DNA of 62,916 bases, filler included, from Sluysia triapertura (Eukaryota), in assembly GCA_046118255.1 (NCBI GenBank). It is 4 parts of 4 records of this genome, joined end to end, with 100 filler letters (N's around TTAATTAATTAA, not from the genome) between each part and the next. Parts side by side here need not be neighbours in the genome. Positions count along the whole stretch, not along the records: positions 1 to 19,224 come from JBJNIA010087576.1; 3 more parts are not named here. One strand, 5' to 3'. A program made the translations under genes and the position numbers. Numbering within the stretch: position 1 is the first letter of the stretch; every line of letters begins with the position of its first letter. The notes below the pieces were generated by a model that saw only the letters and a list, made by a program, of their open reading frames with translations, made no database searches and was not told the origin of the DNA. Below, piece after piece: positions 1 to 13,079 of the stretch.

Positions 1-99
1 TTTTGTGATAATATAACGAATATATCGAGATTTTGAATTTATTTAGTTATTGAGTTTTAATTTAATAATTTGGGAAAGTAAAAGTAATAAAAGACACAA

Positions 100-715
100 C
101 GTGATGAAATGTGTTTGTTATTTTGATATAATTTCACTTCACATATGGTCGATATAGATAATCAATTAAAAAGATTAGAAGTAGCAAGATTACAGATTAA
201 ACCTACAAAATGTATTTGGGCCGAATTTTTAAGACATAGTCTCACAAGATAGTATAATACCTAATCCAAATAAGATAGAGAAAGTTGTAAAATATCCACA
301 ACTTGATAATGTAAAAAAGGTACAAAGTTTTTTGTGACTAGCCAATTATTAGGGGAGATGTTAAATGACTTTTTCAGAATAGCTCGGCAATTAAGGATAC
401 TAACACAAAAGAATAACATTTAAATAGACTGAAGAACAAACAAAAGCTTTTATGTAATTAAAAGAAAAGCTAACTGAAACACCAATTTTAATGTTTCCGG
501 ATATGAATAAACCGTTTATATAGTCACTAGTAATTTTGCAATAAGGGCAATATTGGGACAAAGAAATAAGGAAAGTTTAGAAGGAATAATAGCTAATGCT
601 AGTAGAAGATTAAATAAGGCGGAAATTAATCATTCAACTATAGAAAGGGAATGTCTATGCATGTAAATTATTTCGACACTATTTATTATGACAGAAAATA
701 TACTTATTTACATAA
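100..715 (+). mobile_element. Degenerate Ty3/Gypsy LTR-retrotransposon pol fragment (RT C-terminus plus RNase H)
   Basis: Manual translation across frameshifts and stops: HMVDIDNQLKRLEVARLQIKPTKC...IIPNPNKIEKVVKYPQLDNVKKVQSFL*LANY...TEEQTKAFM*LKEKLTETPILMFPDMNKPF...SNFAIRAILGQ...IIANASRRLNKAEINHSTIERECL. These are canonical Gypsy RT-thumb and RNase H motifs. Confidence 0.9.
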
Positions 716-3495
716 TCGTAGGGACGAAGTAAGTTGATTAAACCGATGATTTACCAAACCATCAGAATTATATCTACCAATATTGTACATTAACGAAAAA
801 GGAAATATACATTTTATACAAATTATGAACATATCAAGGAAAATTGAAGAACCAAAAGAAATAAACAAATATCAAAGACATGACAAAGAAATATCATATG
901 CTTTCGAAGCGATAACCAAATGATTACTGAATGAATATTAACCGACATAATATTACGTTTTAAAGACTCAAAAGAAAACAATAATACTTAAATCAGTGAT
1001 AACACCATTACTATTTCGTGATGGTCAACTAAGAGGACTTTATCTAAAATTAAAAATAAATGCTACTGAGATAACATGGAAGAAGATAATAAGAAATGAT
1101 GTAAGTATTGCGAAATTTGTTGTAGAAGGTTTACAAATCAAATATTCCCAAAAAATAAACATATAACCAATAAAATCCAGATAAGATTATCCATCTTATA
1201 AATCATTTCTATCACTAAAACTCTTACTCTTATTTACTACTACTACTACTACTCAATAGAAAATCCAAAAATTCTAATCATAAACACAATCATAGGAAAA
1301 TATCAACAAACTCCAAAATAAAATTTTAAACAAACTTCAGCGCAATCTAATACAAAATAACAATTCAAAAAAACATACATAAAAAACAAACACAAACTTT
1401 ATAATATTCTTCACTTAATAATAATATTTAATATTGTACCATTAACCTTTATTATTAAAACTATTGTTAGCATTATTGTTTGTGTGATGTTTATTTTTTA
1501 CACTTCATGCCAAGTGTGCATCTTAATGATATTTTTGAAACATTAGAAGATCAAGAAAAATTAGATTCTTTACTGTGCAAAAATTAACAAATTATACAAC
1601 ACTAAAAAATCTAAAGAACTAAATAAAATACCATTACCAAATTTATTTAAGAATTTATTCGATAAATTATTATTGGATGCATTTTGTCAATCCCAAAAAA
1701 CGTCAAAAACCCAAATAATTACATCCACCTAAGCATGCTTCAGAAATCCTCGGAATTGGCAGATTCAGTTGAATTCCTCACCAATGCAATCACGCACGTT
1801 ACACGTATACGTTTAGTAGAGAAACCATCTCGCCATAATATTAGTAAAGTGGAATTATTGCTTGATCTTTTACCAAGATTGATTAATTTGGGGCACGAGA
1901 AGTTAAGTCCTAATCAACAAATTAGAAGTAAATTAGAAGCGGAAATTTTCAGAGTAAATAATTACTCCTGCAATAAGAAACAATGGCAAGTTATGTCGAA
2001 AAATAAAATAACGAAAGTTGGCGAATTATAACGAATATAGATTGCTTGAAAAGTGTAAAACTACCGAAAAGAAACCTCATAAAAATATTAAGAGTGCAAG
2101 AAATCCTATGAAAGTAGTACTATAAAAGATCAGGATAAATTTACAAACTATGACGCAAGTTTTGACTTCCGTAGAAGCGAAAATACAATTTTGGAATTTC
2201 CTTCAATAAACAGTTCTAAATTTTTCATGAAAGTAAATTAGGTGTACCTTTAAATTATATTCACATTATTACCAGAATTGGGAGTTACATAATTCATGAT
2301 TTCCCATTAATTATTATAATAATTTATTAATCAGTTAGTTTTCCACTGTCAATAATTAAGTAGTCATGATTCTTAATAAATTTTAATTAAAAATTATTGA
2401 ATAGATAAATAAATTAATATATTTTGTGCTTATTATTTTTCACAAAGAAAATTTTGCATTATGTATATAATATAGCAAGTTTTCTTCGAATACTTTTAGA
2501 GTCTATTATCAGTTTTTGTAATATATTTTCAGCGTATTATAATAAATATAACCAGTTAATATTTTACAAAGAATTATTTTTTTCATTTTTATACCAATTC
2601 AATCTTCATGTTAATTTTTTTGCTTTAAAATTATGAAATTAGAATATTGTAATTATAATTAAATATAAATAAAGGAAAATATAGATTTATATAGTATTAT
2701 ATTTAAAAATTACCTTACGAAATATTAATGAATATTCATAGCGATCCAATTTCTACTTATTTTGTTTTATATGAAGAAAATAAGACTCTTTTTAATGAAA
2801 ATTATTTTGATCCAATGTTTGGTTTATAAAGTGATGAAATAAATACTTTTCAACTTAATTATAAAGCTAATTATTGTACTATAAACAAAATTTTCAAATA
2901 TTACCACGGAAAATGATAGTACGTTTTTATTTTTAATACTAAGCCACACTTTACAACTTAGATTAAATCATCATTCATCTTATTTACATTTTACGAAAGG
3001 TTTAGATTATGTTTTATTTTATTTTAATAATCTGATTACTGCATATCACAGTGGTTTAGAAATAAGAATTAGATGTATACATTCAAGCCAAACGATTTCT
3101 TCAAATATCAAAACGTAACATTGAACTGTTGAAATAAATATGTGTAAACAACCACTTCATGCTTGCTTATGTGTTTGTTTCATTTTACTATCATTGATTA
3201 TGTGTTGAAGTTATATTACTTGGGTAGAATAAAATAGATTCATCGCTGATCATTGACATAGATAATGAAAAATGTGCCTTGAAAGCAATATTGATAATTG
3301 AAAATCATATATTAAGTTTATTTCGTTTTATTGATAAATTGTTAAAAAGTGTTGAAATACTACTAAATTAGCTACTAATTGACATTCATTTTCAATTACA
3401 TCACCATCATCGTAATACATATTCATCATCATCAGGGCCATAATTATTACTATCATAATTAAACCATCATTAAACACACCAATTATCATCATCAC

Positions 3496-3651
3496 TGTTG
3501 GGTTACGGGCCTAAAGTGCATAGAATAATTGACTATAATAAAATTGTTAGACGGGGCTAATAGCTCAGTGGTTAGAGCATTGAACTGCACAGCTATGAAG
3601 CGAAAGGTGCCGTGTTCGATTCCCAGTCAGTCCATTTTATGAAGTCTAACA
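3496..3651 (+). mobile_element. ~160-bp TG...CA element containing a tRNA-Cys-like unit (copy 1)
   Basis: Starts TGTTGGG and ends GTCTAACA. Internal tRNA-like body at ~3554-3634 has box A TAGCTCAGTGG and box B GTTCGATTC, followed by TTTT. Homologous over its full length to 9607-9770 and 38371-38535. Flanks are TCAC/TTAC. Confidence 0.8.
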
Positions 3652-3739
3652 TTACTATCATCACAATATTATTCACATTATTATTATCCTCATTATTATT
3701 ATTATTATCTTTATCATCATAATAATCACTATCATAATT

Positions 3740-3740
3740 C

Positions 3741-3780
<40 letters not shown>

Positions 3781-3808
3781 CATCATCATCATCATCATCA
3801 TCATCATA
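3740..3808. repeat. (AAT)n-(CAT)n compound microsatellite in a low-complexity tract (~3400-3960)
   Basis: Directly visible; explains the spurious poly-I/M/D ORF 3673..3984. Confidence 0.95.
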
Positions 3809-4213
3809 ATCACTAATACTATCATTATCATCATCACAATTAAAATCTCTTTCACTTGTGTCATCTTCGTAATCACTTCATGATTACAATCTCTATTACA
3901 ATCATCGTCATCATAACCGCCATCACAATTATTGCTCTCATCGTCATCGTCATCATCATTTTGAGTAGATTCACTGAAAGCCAATCAGTTTCAATTAACA
4001 TTCGAAATTATAAAACTATAAAAATTTTTTTACAATGTAAATGTTGCTTTTCATTTTAAATCTTGAATTAATGCATAAAATTATCTCTTAAAATTATTTT
4101 ATATTGAAATTGCTTTGCGCACTTTTATTTTTTTGAAGAAGATAAGTTCAAAATCTTTATCTTATGAGTTATATGATAGTTCTTTAAACCGGATTCCACT
4201 GGCATCTCTCTAG

Positions 4214-6850
4214 TGTCACAGCTGTATATCTCATTTTTTTACTCAGCACAACCCCAACATAAATACAAGCACAAATACAAACATAACTCACATTAACCTC
4301 ACTTATAACATTTCATTCACCTCATAACTTCACCATATTCCATTTAAGCTATAAAATATAGACAAGAGGATTACCAATATATATATAAATTCATCGTAAT
4401 CTCATACAATATATTTGCAAATCACAATCTTCTAACATCCAAAAGTTACTTTCAGTCAAAACATCAATGTATATTTAAAAATCCACATAAAACATATAAA
4501 ACATATATTAAGTCATAATTTTTCAACATTCAAACTTATGCTCATTTTCAACATTCAAACTTAAATAGCATTTAAAAATTCATTTAAAATACTTAAGCAT
4601 TATCATATAAGGTTAGAAGTACAAATACATCATAAAATTTCATTGCAAATACATAACAGTAATTGGTAACACCACAGGTTCACAAAATCGTAATACTTAA
4701 CCTTTTAGACATTTAACTACTTTAATGAAATAGATTCAAATATGTTAAGAAATAAAGAATATAAAAGAAACTCATGTTTCCTAGTAATTCAAAAGAATTT
4801 ATGCATTTTATGATAATAATAATAACATTCTTGTTATCATTATTATTATCACAATTTTTAATTTCCAAATATTTATTTTGGTAGCTACCACTATCAATGG
4901 ATATATTTTTAATTTATATGTACAGTATTGTCACCATTGATAGTGGCCTGTCTGTCAATTTTATTCATTTCAATGTTATTAATATTCGTCCAACCAGAGT
5001 GATCGTTTTCATTATTTTTATACAAGTGATATTGAAGATTATATTTTGTATTTTAGTTTGTAACTACTATTTCTGCTTTTGATAAGAAAAATAATATTTA
5101 TTATTGTATCCTAAGTGTTACTTATGAATTATACACTCAGTCAATTATAATATGAAAAGAACTGATTGACAATTATAATAGCAATTTGATCAACAAAATA
5201 ACTTTTTTTTAAAAAAAATTTACAAATAAATTAGATAACTGCTAATATTTTATTTACAAATCGAAAAAGCACAATTTTTGAGTCATTTATGATCACATCA
5301 TTAAAGACAACAGATTATCTAGATTTAATATTAGACAAGCGTTTCTTAAAACGAGTATCAACTGTAGATCAAATTCACAAACAATCAAACCTACAAATAT
5401 GGATATAATGATTTCTACAACTGAGTTGGAAATTACCACTCCACCAAATGAATGTATTTTATTAAATCCAAGTAACAATAATCAAGAACGTGATAGTCAT
5501 GAAAGACGGAAACGCTTATGCATTAGTATTCCAGAAAAAATTGATGAATTTCTCATTTATAATATTTATTTACATGTCCTTTATCCTAGGCTCGATGTTA
5601 ATGTTTCAAGAGAATTTACTAATCAAAATCTAGAGCAGATAATTATTCGCATAGATAGCTATGAAAATATGTTCAATGTAATTAGACGCGAAGTTTGTGA
5701 TTTGAGAACTCTCATCTCCAGTTTCAGCAATAAACCGAGATTAAGCATTGACAACTATATCAGTATATTCTCTCAATGTTATTCGATTTTAAAAGTGAAA
5801 AGATCAAATAAAAATTTAAAAAAGCATGCCTTTTATGAATTTACGAGGCCCATTAGTACAGAATTACTTGAAAACAATAAAGATAATTTGGGATGATTCA
5901 AAGGATGCTGAGTTTTCGAGTTGGAGGAGATATAATTAGTCATATTGATATCATTGCTCTGAATCAAAGTGTGAAGCTCGTACCAATAGTTGCTGGTATA
6001 GTTTATGGTTACTCTAGTCCATGTAAAAGAATTTTTATGACCGCTATACAAGTTAAAGAAAATAATGCATTGAATATAAAAATGATCAAATCTTTGAAGT
6101 CAATAACGATAAATGCAATTCTAAACTTAATTTCAAATAAAGCTTTACGAATTAACTTATCTCAGTTAAACACGAAGGACAAAGATGAATGTAAAAAAGA
6201 TTTGGAATACCATTATACTGATCCTCATAAACGACAACATTTTAACTATAGATTGGGGCCAATTCAATTCCACACAACTATTTCAATGATTTATCAAGTT
6301 CAAATCTATATCTTAGAACAGCACTTTGCCCATATACTAGCGACCAAAATGGCAAATGCACAAAATTTGGATTTAATTGTGTATATGTGCATTCGGTTAA
6401 TCAGTTGTTGGATCATCTCACAAAAATCATTTGTTTAGACTCACAAATTTGTTCGAAAGCATTGGCATACCTACTTTAGAAATATTCGACATTGGATCTA
6501 TGGATAATCATAGAGTAAATATTTTTTATGACACCAAAGATGATTTAATTTTGATTTTTCTAGATAATGAAACGTGGGCTTCCAAAATTGGCATATGCAG
6601 GACTAAAATTTTTATGTCTAAAAAATGATTCAATTTTTATGTCTTTACAATTTCTCATTTGTTATTTATAATTTCCAAATCTTTTCGTTTTCTTTAAAAT
6701 TATTAAAATTAAATTTAGAATTTAAAAATTGTATAAATCTAATAAAATCTTTTGAAAGAAGTAAATCAATAGCAATAGTAATTAATATAATAGTAATTAA
6801 TAGTAATAGTAATATTAATAGAAGTAAATTTTTAATATAAACAATTTCAA
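4214..6850 (+). mobile_element. Cargo-element family member (boundaries uncertain): A/C-rich leader, hairpin, intronless decayed ORF chain
   Basis: 4730-4810 matches the reverse complement of ~36535-36610 in another family member. Perfect 13-bp hairpin at 4888-4946, then CCAACCAGAG at ~4990, then a chain of ORFs 5289-6628. No TSD found. Confidence 0.6.
5289..6628 (+). pseudogene. Frameshifted intronless mosaic cargo ORF containing a DNA primase small subunit (PRIM1)-like fragment
   Basis: Overlapping ORFs 5399..5896, 5893..6438 and 6431..6628 in shifting frames. The segment DSHERRKRL...NIYLHVLYPRLDVNVSRE resembles the PRIM1 [YF]PRLD[VI]NVSK motif. The remainder is unrecognised. Confidence 0.55.
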
Positions 6851-7214
6851 AACATTACATAAGCAAATTTACGAAAACACACAACTATCAAGACGATTTC
6901 ATAATTTTTTTGTTTCTAATACGCCTTTTTATTTGTTAAGTTTTTTAATCGTTTAATGATTATTGTATAAAATCCACATAAATTATATTCATTTATTTTA
7001 AAACCTTATCTTTTAAATCGATAGGAAGTAAAAAATAATTTACTAAAATAATTGACTATAGGATTATCACGAATAATCCTGACAAAGTATAATTTTTTTT
7101 TCTCATATGATTATATATTCATTTAATTGTTATCCAGTATAAATTATTAATAAATCTTTAGCTCTTAATTTGTATTATTTAATAAGAAAAATATTTAAAA
7201 GATATCGAGTTTTT

Positions 7215-7410
7215 ATAAATGTTTCATTTGAATAAAAACCTTATTAAAATCATTATTAAATGTTTCATTTAACAAGAAACCTATATAAAATTGAATAAAT
7301 AGTTTCTCTTTACTAAGAACGTCAATAAAATTATTATTATATCCAATGGTTCTACTTAAATCAGAACCATACCAAATTACAGTTTACAGTTCCATTAAAA
7401 TCTCATTAAT
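7215..7410. repeat. Degenerate ~42-bp tandem repeat (AAATGTTTCATTT..A.AA.AACC..AT.AAAAT)
   Basis: Three to four diverged units visible. Confidence 0.5.
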
Positions 7411-9606
7411 ATTTCATAATAATTTGTATAATTAGAATATATTAAGAAAAACATTCTTAAAGTATTAAACCTCCAGTTGAACTAAGAATTAACTTTTTTA
7501 AAAGTCAACGACTGGCCGTAACTGGTAAGACTAATTACGTTGGTCAACTCACATTTACTTATTTTTATTCATGAGCGTCTAAGTTAGGCATATCGTAATA
7601 ATTTTTTTATATAATTTGCAGATCATAATGTACAAGTAGTATAATTTTCAAATAATGTATAAGTAATATGATGATAATAATGATGCATTAATGTAACATG
7701 GCGATTCAACTAATAATAATAAGTTTAATAAATGATAATAAATTATAACATGATTCAAATAATAATGATAATTATTGTTTGTAGCCTGAATATTTGCAAT
7801 TTATAAAGTTATTAAATTTTCATTATATACAATTTGTATTCATTCTTAATTTAATGATTTTTCTCGATTATAATGCTTTCGAATTTTAATATAATATTAT
7901 TCTTTACATTCAGTCCAATCTTTAATTTAATTTAATTTTGATCGAGAATAATGTTATTAATTTTTAATTACTTACAAATTTTATTCAATCTCACTTTAAT
8001 ATAATTTATAGCTCTCATATTAGAATGATCTTTATGTTCTTTATAGAATCTTATTTTAAAATGATTATTTATTTTATTTCAATTTAAAACTGGTTACTAT
8101 ATGTTACTAAATTTTGAATCTATATTAACTCTATTAAATTTCATTTAACTCTCATTAAATCTTGCATTATAATCGTAATGATAATGATTTTAATTTTATT
8201 TTAAATAAATTTAAATTAAGTGAATTTTTGGATTTGATTGAAATTTAAAATAAATAAATATTATGTTACATTAGTGTAAAAATAAAAATAAAAACAATAA
8301 CAATACTGTAAAGGTGTAAAAATTTTATTTTTATATTTTTATGATTTTGTGTGAAAATTGAAATTATAAAAATATTATAAAAATTATTAAAATTGTATTA
8401 TTTTAAAAAATTACTATTTCAATTATAATAACATTAAAATTATTATTATAAATTAAAAAATACCTATATAAAGACATACAAAGAAATTAGAACGCCATTT
8501 GTAAGTGAAAACGCCATCATTAAAAAACAAAGCTAAAACTCAATTCGCCAGACAAAAAAATCGTAAATTAGAATTCGTCAATTTTGGTAAAGAAAATCAA
8601 ATTATCTGCGACATCATCCGGCTCGGCATCATTTATTCGTGCACGTCGGTTTCAAACTTAGTCGATTAGAGGGGTAGCATTTCCTAAGCAGCAGCAACTC
8701 GATCAAGCAACTTCGTTGGAAATCAAATTATATTATTAATTAAATTCGTAAGTTTGATGTGCATAAGTTTATAAACTCTCATAGAGCCATAAAATCCACT
8801 TAAAATACTGTTTTTCACGGTTGGTCATTAAGGCCAATCATAAAATCAAACTAAAATATAAAATCTTAAAACTTTTTTTGGCTCTTAAGGTCAATTACAA
8901 AATAGTTATTGTAGGGTAGAGTTTTTTAGCCAGACCCTTATTATAATTTAACTATTATTGCTATTTTCAATTTATCATTTATAAATTTTTTGTGTTAATC
9001 GTTTTTTATCGAATTTTGTATAATAATAATAATTTTTATTTTAATCTAAATTATGTATAATAAAAGTATTTAAAATTTTTTGTTTTTTATAATTGTCCTA
9101 ATATTAACATTACAATTTAGACCTATTTTATAGTTACGTTGCACCACGATCAATTCATACTTAAATATAGTTTTTTGTCGAAAAGACATTAATTCTAATA
9201 ATGTCTCATTGAATCTAGAAGAAAAAACTAAAAGTCCTAACGGTTATTAAATTAAAATATAAAGAGATAAGGAAAGACACATTTTATACAAATATATTGA
9301 TTTTTATATTAATTCAGAGAATCCATAAGTTAGCGTTGGTCTTAATTAGTTTTTAAGTTATTTATTGTTAATTGACATAAACGACGACTTTGCCCATTAT
9401 TGTTAAGTTAAGGCAAATAATATTTTTGTACGATTAATTGTTTTCACGTAATTTTTCAGATATGCCATTAGTAAGTCGTATACTGTAAACGGACTCAGAA
9501 TAATTAATTATTTTGCTGTAGGTTAGGATTTTAGATTAAGAAAACACCCAGCAATAATAATAATTAACAATACTAATTATTATTATGATTATAATAAGTA
9601 TAAAAA

Positions 9607-9770
9607 TGTTGGAGTATAGGCCTAAAGTGCTGTAAGATATTAATAATATAATTGACTATAATAAAATAAAATTGTTACAGGAGCTGATAGCTCAGTGGGT
9701 AGATCATCGAACTGCTCAGCGAAAGGACTCGGGTTCTATTCCCGGTCAGTCCATTTTATGAAGTCTAACA
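9607..9770 (+). mobile_element. tRNA-Cys-like TG...CA element (copy 2)
   Basis: TGTTGGAGTATAGGCCTAAAGTGC...GCTGATAGCTCAGTGG...GGGTTCTATTCCCGGTCAGTCCATTTTATGAAGTCTAACA; flanks AAAA/CAAA. Confidence 0.8.
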
Positions 9771-9791
9771 CAAATAGTCATGTAATAATAA

Positions 9792-9870
9792 TGTTAGACT
9801 TCATAAAATGGACTGACGGGAGATCAAACCCGGGATTTATTGCTGCGCAGTTAGATGAATTTTAAACATT
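9792..9870 (-). mobile_element. 5'-truncated tRNA-like element, inverted relative to copy 2
   Basis: TGTTAGACTTCATAAAATGGACTGAC is the exact reverse complement of the 3' end of copy 2. Confidence 0.8.
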
Positions 9871-10796
9871 TATTTTAACAGTATGATAGGTTTTCCATAT
9901 GTAGTATAGATAATCAGATAACATATGTATATATAATGCGAAATTGTGATCACAAAAATGTTTGTTAAAGCTTGAGAAAATCAACAAATATTCTTAAAAC
10001 TGGCTAATGCGGCTGCCACTTGTGCTGCATAACGATAAATAGATAGACTTTGAGGATTACAGACATCATCATGCAAAAAATGTATAAAATAAGTGAATGA
10101 AATTGAAAGGAGAATATGATAAATTATAAAAATGTTAAACAAACGTAAATGGAAAAGAGAGTTAATGAAAATGAAACAAAATTTTTATTTTATTTTGAAA
10201 ATTACAAAAAAATAATAGAAGCACATAAAAGAAAAGAATGGTAAAATTTGAAATGGAGAATACAAATAGTGGAAAGTTGTTATCGTATTATAAATAAATA
10301 GAGAAAGTATTGCGATTGTTTTTTGTTTCATTTATTACAAAGCAGAGATAAAACACCCAAAAGAGGAAGAAAATAAAGAAAGAGTTTGTATTTCTCAAGA
10401 GAGAAATAGGAAACAAAACCTCCCAGGTATGTCTAAAGTAAAATTGGCATTAGAGATACCAAAAGGTAAGAAGTAAAAAAGGATAGCCCCAAGACAATAT
10501 GTACAGCATGAAATACGCACAGAGAAAAAGAGTACCCCAACAGTATACACTGGATTGGAAATTCCGCAGGTGAACAGTAAAATGAAAGCGATAAAAGGTG
10601 TACAGCACTCTGGATGGCTTATTACTTTTAATTATTAATAAATTATTAAAAATATTAAACTCTTTAATTAACTTATTCGACAAATTTACAAAACGTTAAA
10701 AACTTTAATTATTGAAAAACCAATTAACAATAGAAGCTTAAGGCCTTTAAACAAATAACAAAATAATAAAACAAAACCAATAAAATTTAAATCAAG

Positions 10797-11700
10797 TTAT
10801 TGAAACAATAAAACGTTTCTATAAAAATACATAACCGCAGTTAATAACAAAGGAATTACTGAAGCATGAGACACACTGTTATTACTTGTGGTTTCATAAT
10901 TTAACGAAAGGTATAATAATCGTTTTAAATTATATTTAAGAAAATTTGATTCCAATAACTCATCTAATATCGTTTTATTAATTTCTCTAGTTGACATTAA
11001 AATATCGTCAAGTGTTAATCCACGATTCAGTATTTTATGAACATGACGAAAATGAAATTGTCGACGTAACAAATAACCTATTAAATTGATGAAAGAAAAA
11101 TATTGATAAATAAACAATTGGAAACGACTTGTATAATCTAAATCATATTGGTTAAATGAAACTGAATGTTGTGGATAGTTTGAATAATTACCAATTTGTT
11201 CTGATTTATAATAACGTTTTAAAAATGCTGAACATGTAATTATTATTGTAACAGATAATAATCTAAATAAAAGGTTGATTATACTGTACCATGATGGTGA
11301 CGTTACTGTAAAGCAAAAAGTTCCAAATTCTCTAATTTTAGTCCAAATATTCAACATGATATCACATTTTGATCCCATATTTCATGGCATAATTAAGTCA
11401 AATACTGATGTTTTAATTATTTTTTGCCAAGACTATAAATTAATATTTATTCTTTATATTTATTTTTATAATTTCAGGTTTTGGTTGATGCAATCCGTGA
11501 TCCTGTTCTTTTAATATGTTTTGCAAATTTTGGTCTGAATGCTGTTAGTTCACCATTTATATACCTAAAATACTCCCTTTAGGCATTCTACAATACCAAT
11601 AACATCTTTTAAATGTCTAATATTTTTAAGCCATTTGAAAAATACTTAATTCTGTCATAATTGGATTCTATCTTTACAGATGCTATAGTCAATTAAACTC
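10797..11700 (-). pseudogene. Intronless decayed ORF of unknown family (193-aa open segment, hydrophobic C-terminus)
   Basis: ORF 10797..11378 plus upstream protein-like frames broken by stops; no recognisable domain. Confidence 0.35.
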
Positions 11701-11999
11701 AAATAGTGATCGTCAAAATAATTATCTGATTCAAATTTTGATTTACAATAAAATCTATATAAATATCACATTTATATAAAAAGTAGTTAAGGTAATAAGG
11801 CTGATACTACTATTTGAATCATTTGATTTGGGAGATGATAAATATCGATGCCGTTGTTTCTTTGGTATACTGGAATTCTCGCTATAATCCATTTAAGAAA
11901 TTGTTGTTCGTGCTGCTGGTGATAAGGAAAATGTTAATAATTGAACTATGGGGCCACAAGAATACCATTGATAAGTCAGAAAGAACAAAGAAGGATATT

Positions 12000-13079
12000 A
12001 AATCGCAATCATACCAATGATAAATCACAGACATACAATTAAGTGGATAAAATAAATAAATGAGAATGTATGAAAATAAAGAAGGGAAAAAATAAAAATA
12101 AAAGAATAGAAGAAAGAAATAACAACCATTAAATGCAAAATGAAAAGAAGGAAATGAAAATGAATATGTGAATATCAGTTGTTGAATAATATATTGATTA
12201 TTCCGCAAAAATCAAAAGATTAAAGATTAAAAGCCCCAAAGATAGAGGATAAACAAACGCATTAAAGTACCAAGATTAACAATATTATTTAATTGGGATA
12301 TTGGAGGGAATGGTCCTTGTAGATATTAAAAGAGAATTCAATGGAGAGTTTGATACACTGGCGTGCTAAACCAGTAATATCGGCCCTGTGGAAGCCTAGT
12401 TTTTTCAGAAGGATATCATTTTCAGGATCTCAAGATCCAAGTGCTCCAACGACAAATGTGTCAAGGGAAACCTGACATTTAAGTTGTACTTGGTGCTTTT
12501 CTCTCAGGTCGGAATATTTCGTAATATTGAAAGTTCGGGCCGCATTAAATTTCTCATAATCATCAATCGGCGACTTGACGTCAATGAGAAAAGGTTGAGA
12601 GGAATTGATACCTTCCGCTTGTAAATCAGGTCTTCGGTAGTCAGCAGTAAGGGGGTTTCACTTAGAAGCCCATTTGTTTAAGTTTACTAAACATTTAAGT
12701 TTAAGTAAACTTTCGAGAATCTTATTATGTCTGACTGTACGGCCCCTGATAGTTCGAAAGCAATGATATAATACGTGGGCAATTGTTTCCCGTTTAAAGC
12801 CACACCAGCGACATGTAATGAGGAGATGCAGCCGAATGTTTTGTGGAGAGAAATTAAGCTTAAGAATAGCCTTAATCATAAAAATCCAACTCTGGTTATT
12901 TAACTGTAAAGAAAACGGGCGACCAGATAGAGGACTTTTCAAGAAGCATTCGACAAAGCATTTTCAAATGTTGATATTGGAAATGTTAATCAGTTCATGA
13001 AGATATTTACCTACTTTCTCTTTATGAAACCGATTTAATATGACTTCGTTTTCACGAAGGATGTTGCATCTGATATTTA
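12000..13079 (-). mobile_element. NeSL/Utopia-type (R2 group) non-LTR retrotransposon 3' part: CCHC knuckle, RLE endonuclease and 3' UTR
   Basis: CRWCGFKRETIAHVLYHC...RHNKIL, then RRPDLQ...FLIDVKSPIDDYEKFNAARTFNITKYSDL...FVVGALGS*DPENDILL (PD..D..K restriction-like endonuclease). Confidence 0.9.

Noticed and set aside
1684-2031. 115-aa ORF after an A/C-rich tract as another cargo element
   Set aside because: No family terminus, hairpins, TSD or recognisable domain found.
3554-3634. Functional tRNA-Cys gene
   Set aside because: The anticodon arm is disrupted and differs between copies, and stems carry mismatches; treated as a tRNA-derived repeat.
3673-4059. Poly-Ile/Met/Asp ORFs (also 36357..36542 and 50607..50819)
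   Set aside because: Translations of trinucleotide microsatellites.
9940-10045. Possible Gypsy integrase remnant (KCLLKLEK...NWLMRLPLVLHN)
   Set aside because: A single short motif with no catalytic residues; too weak.
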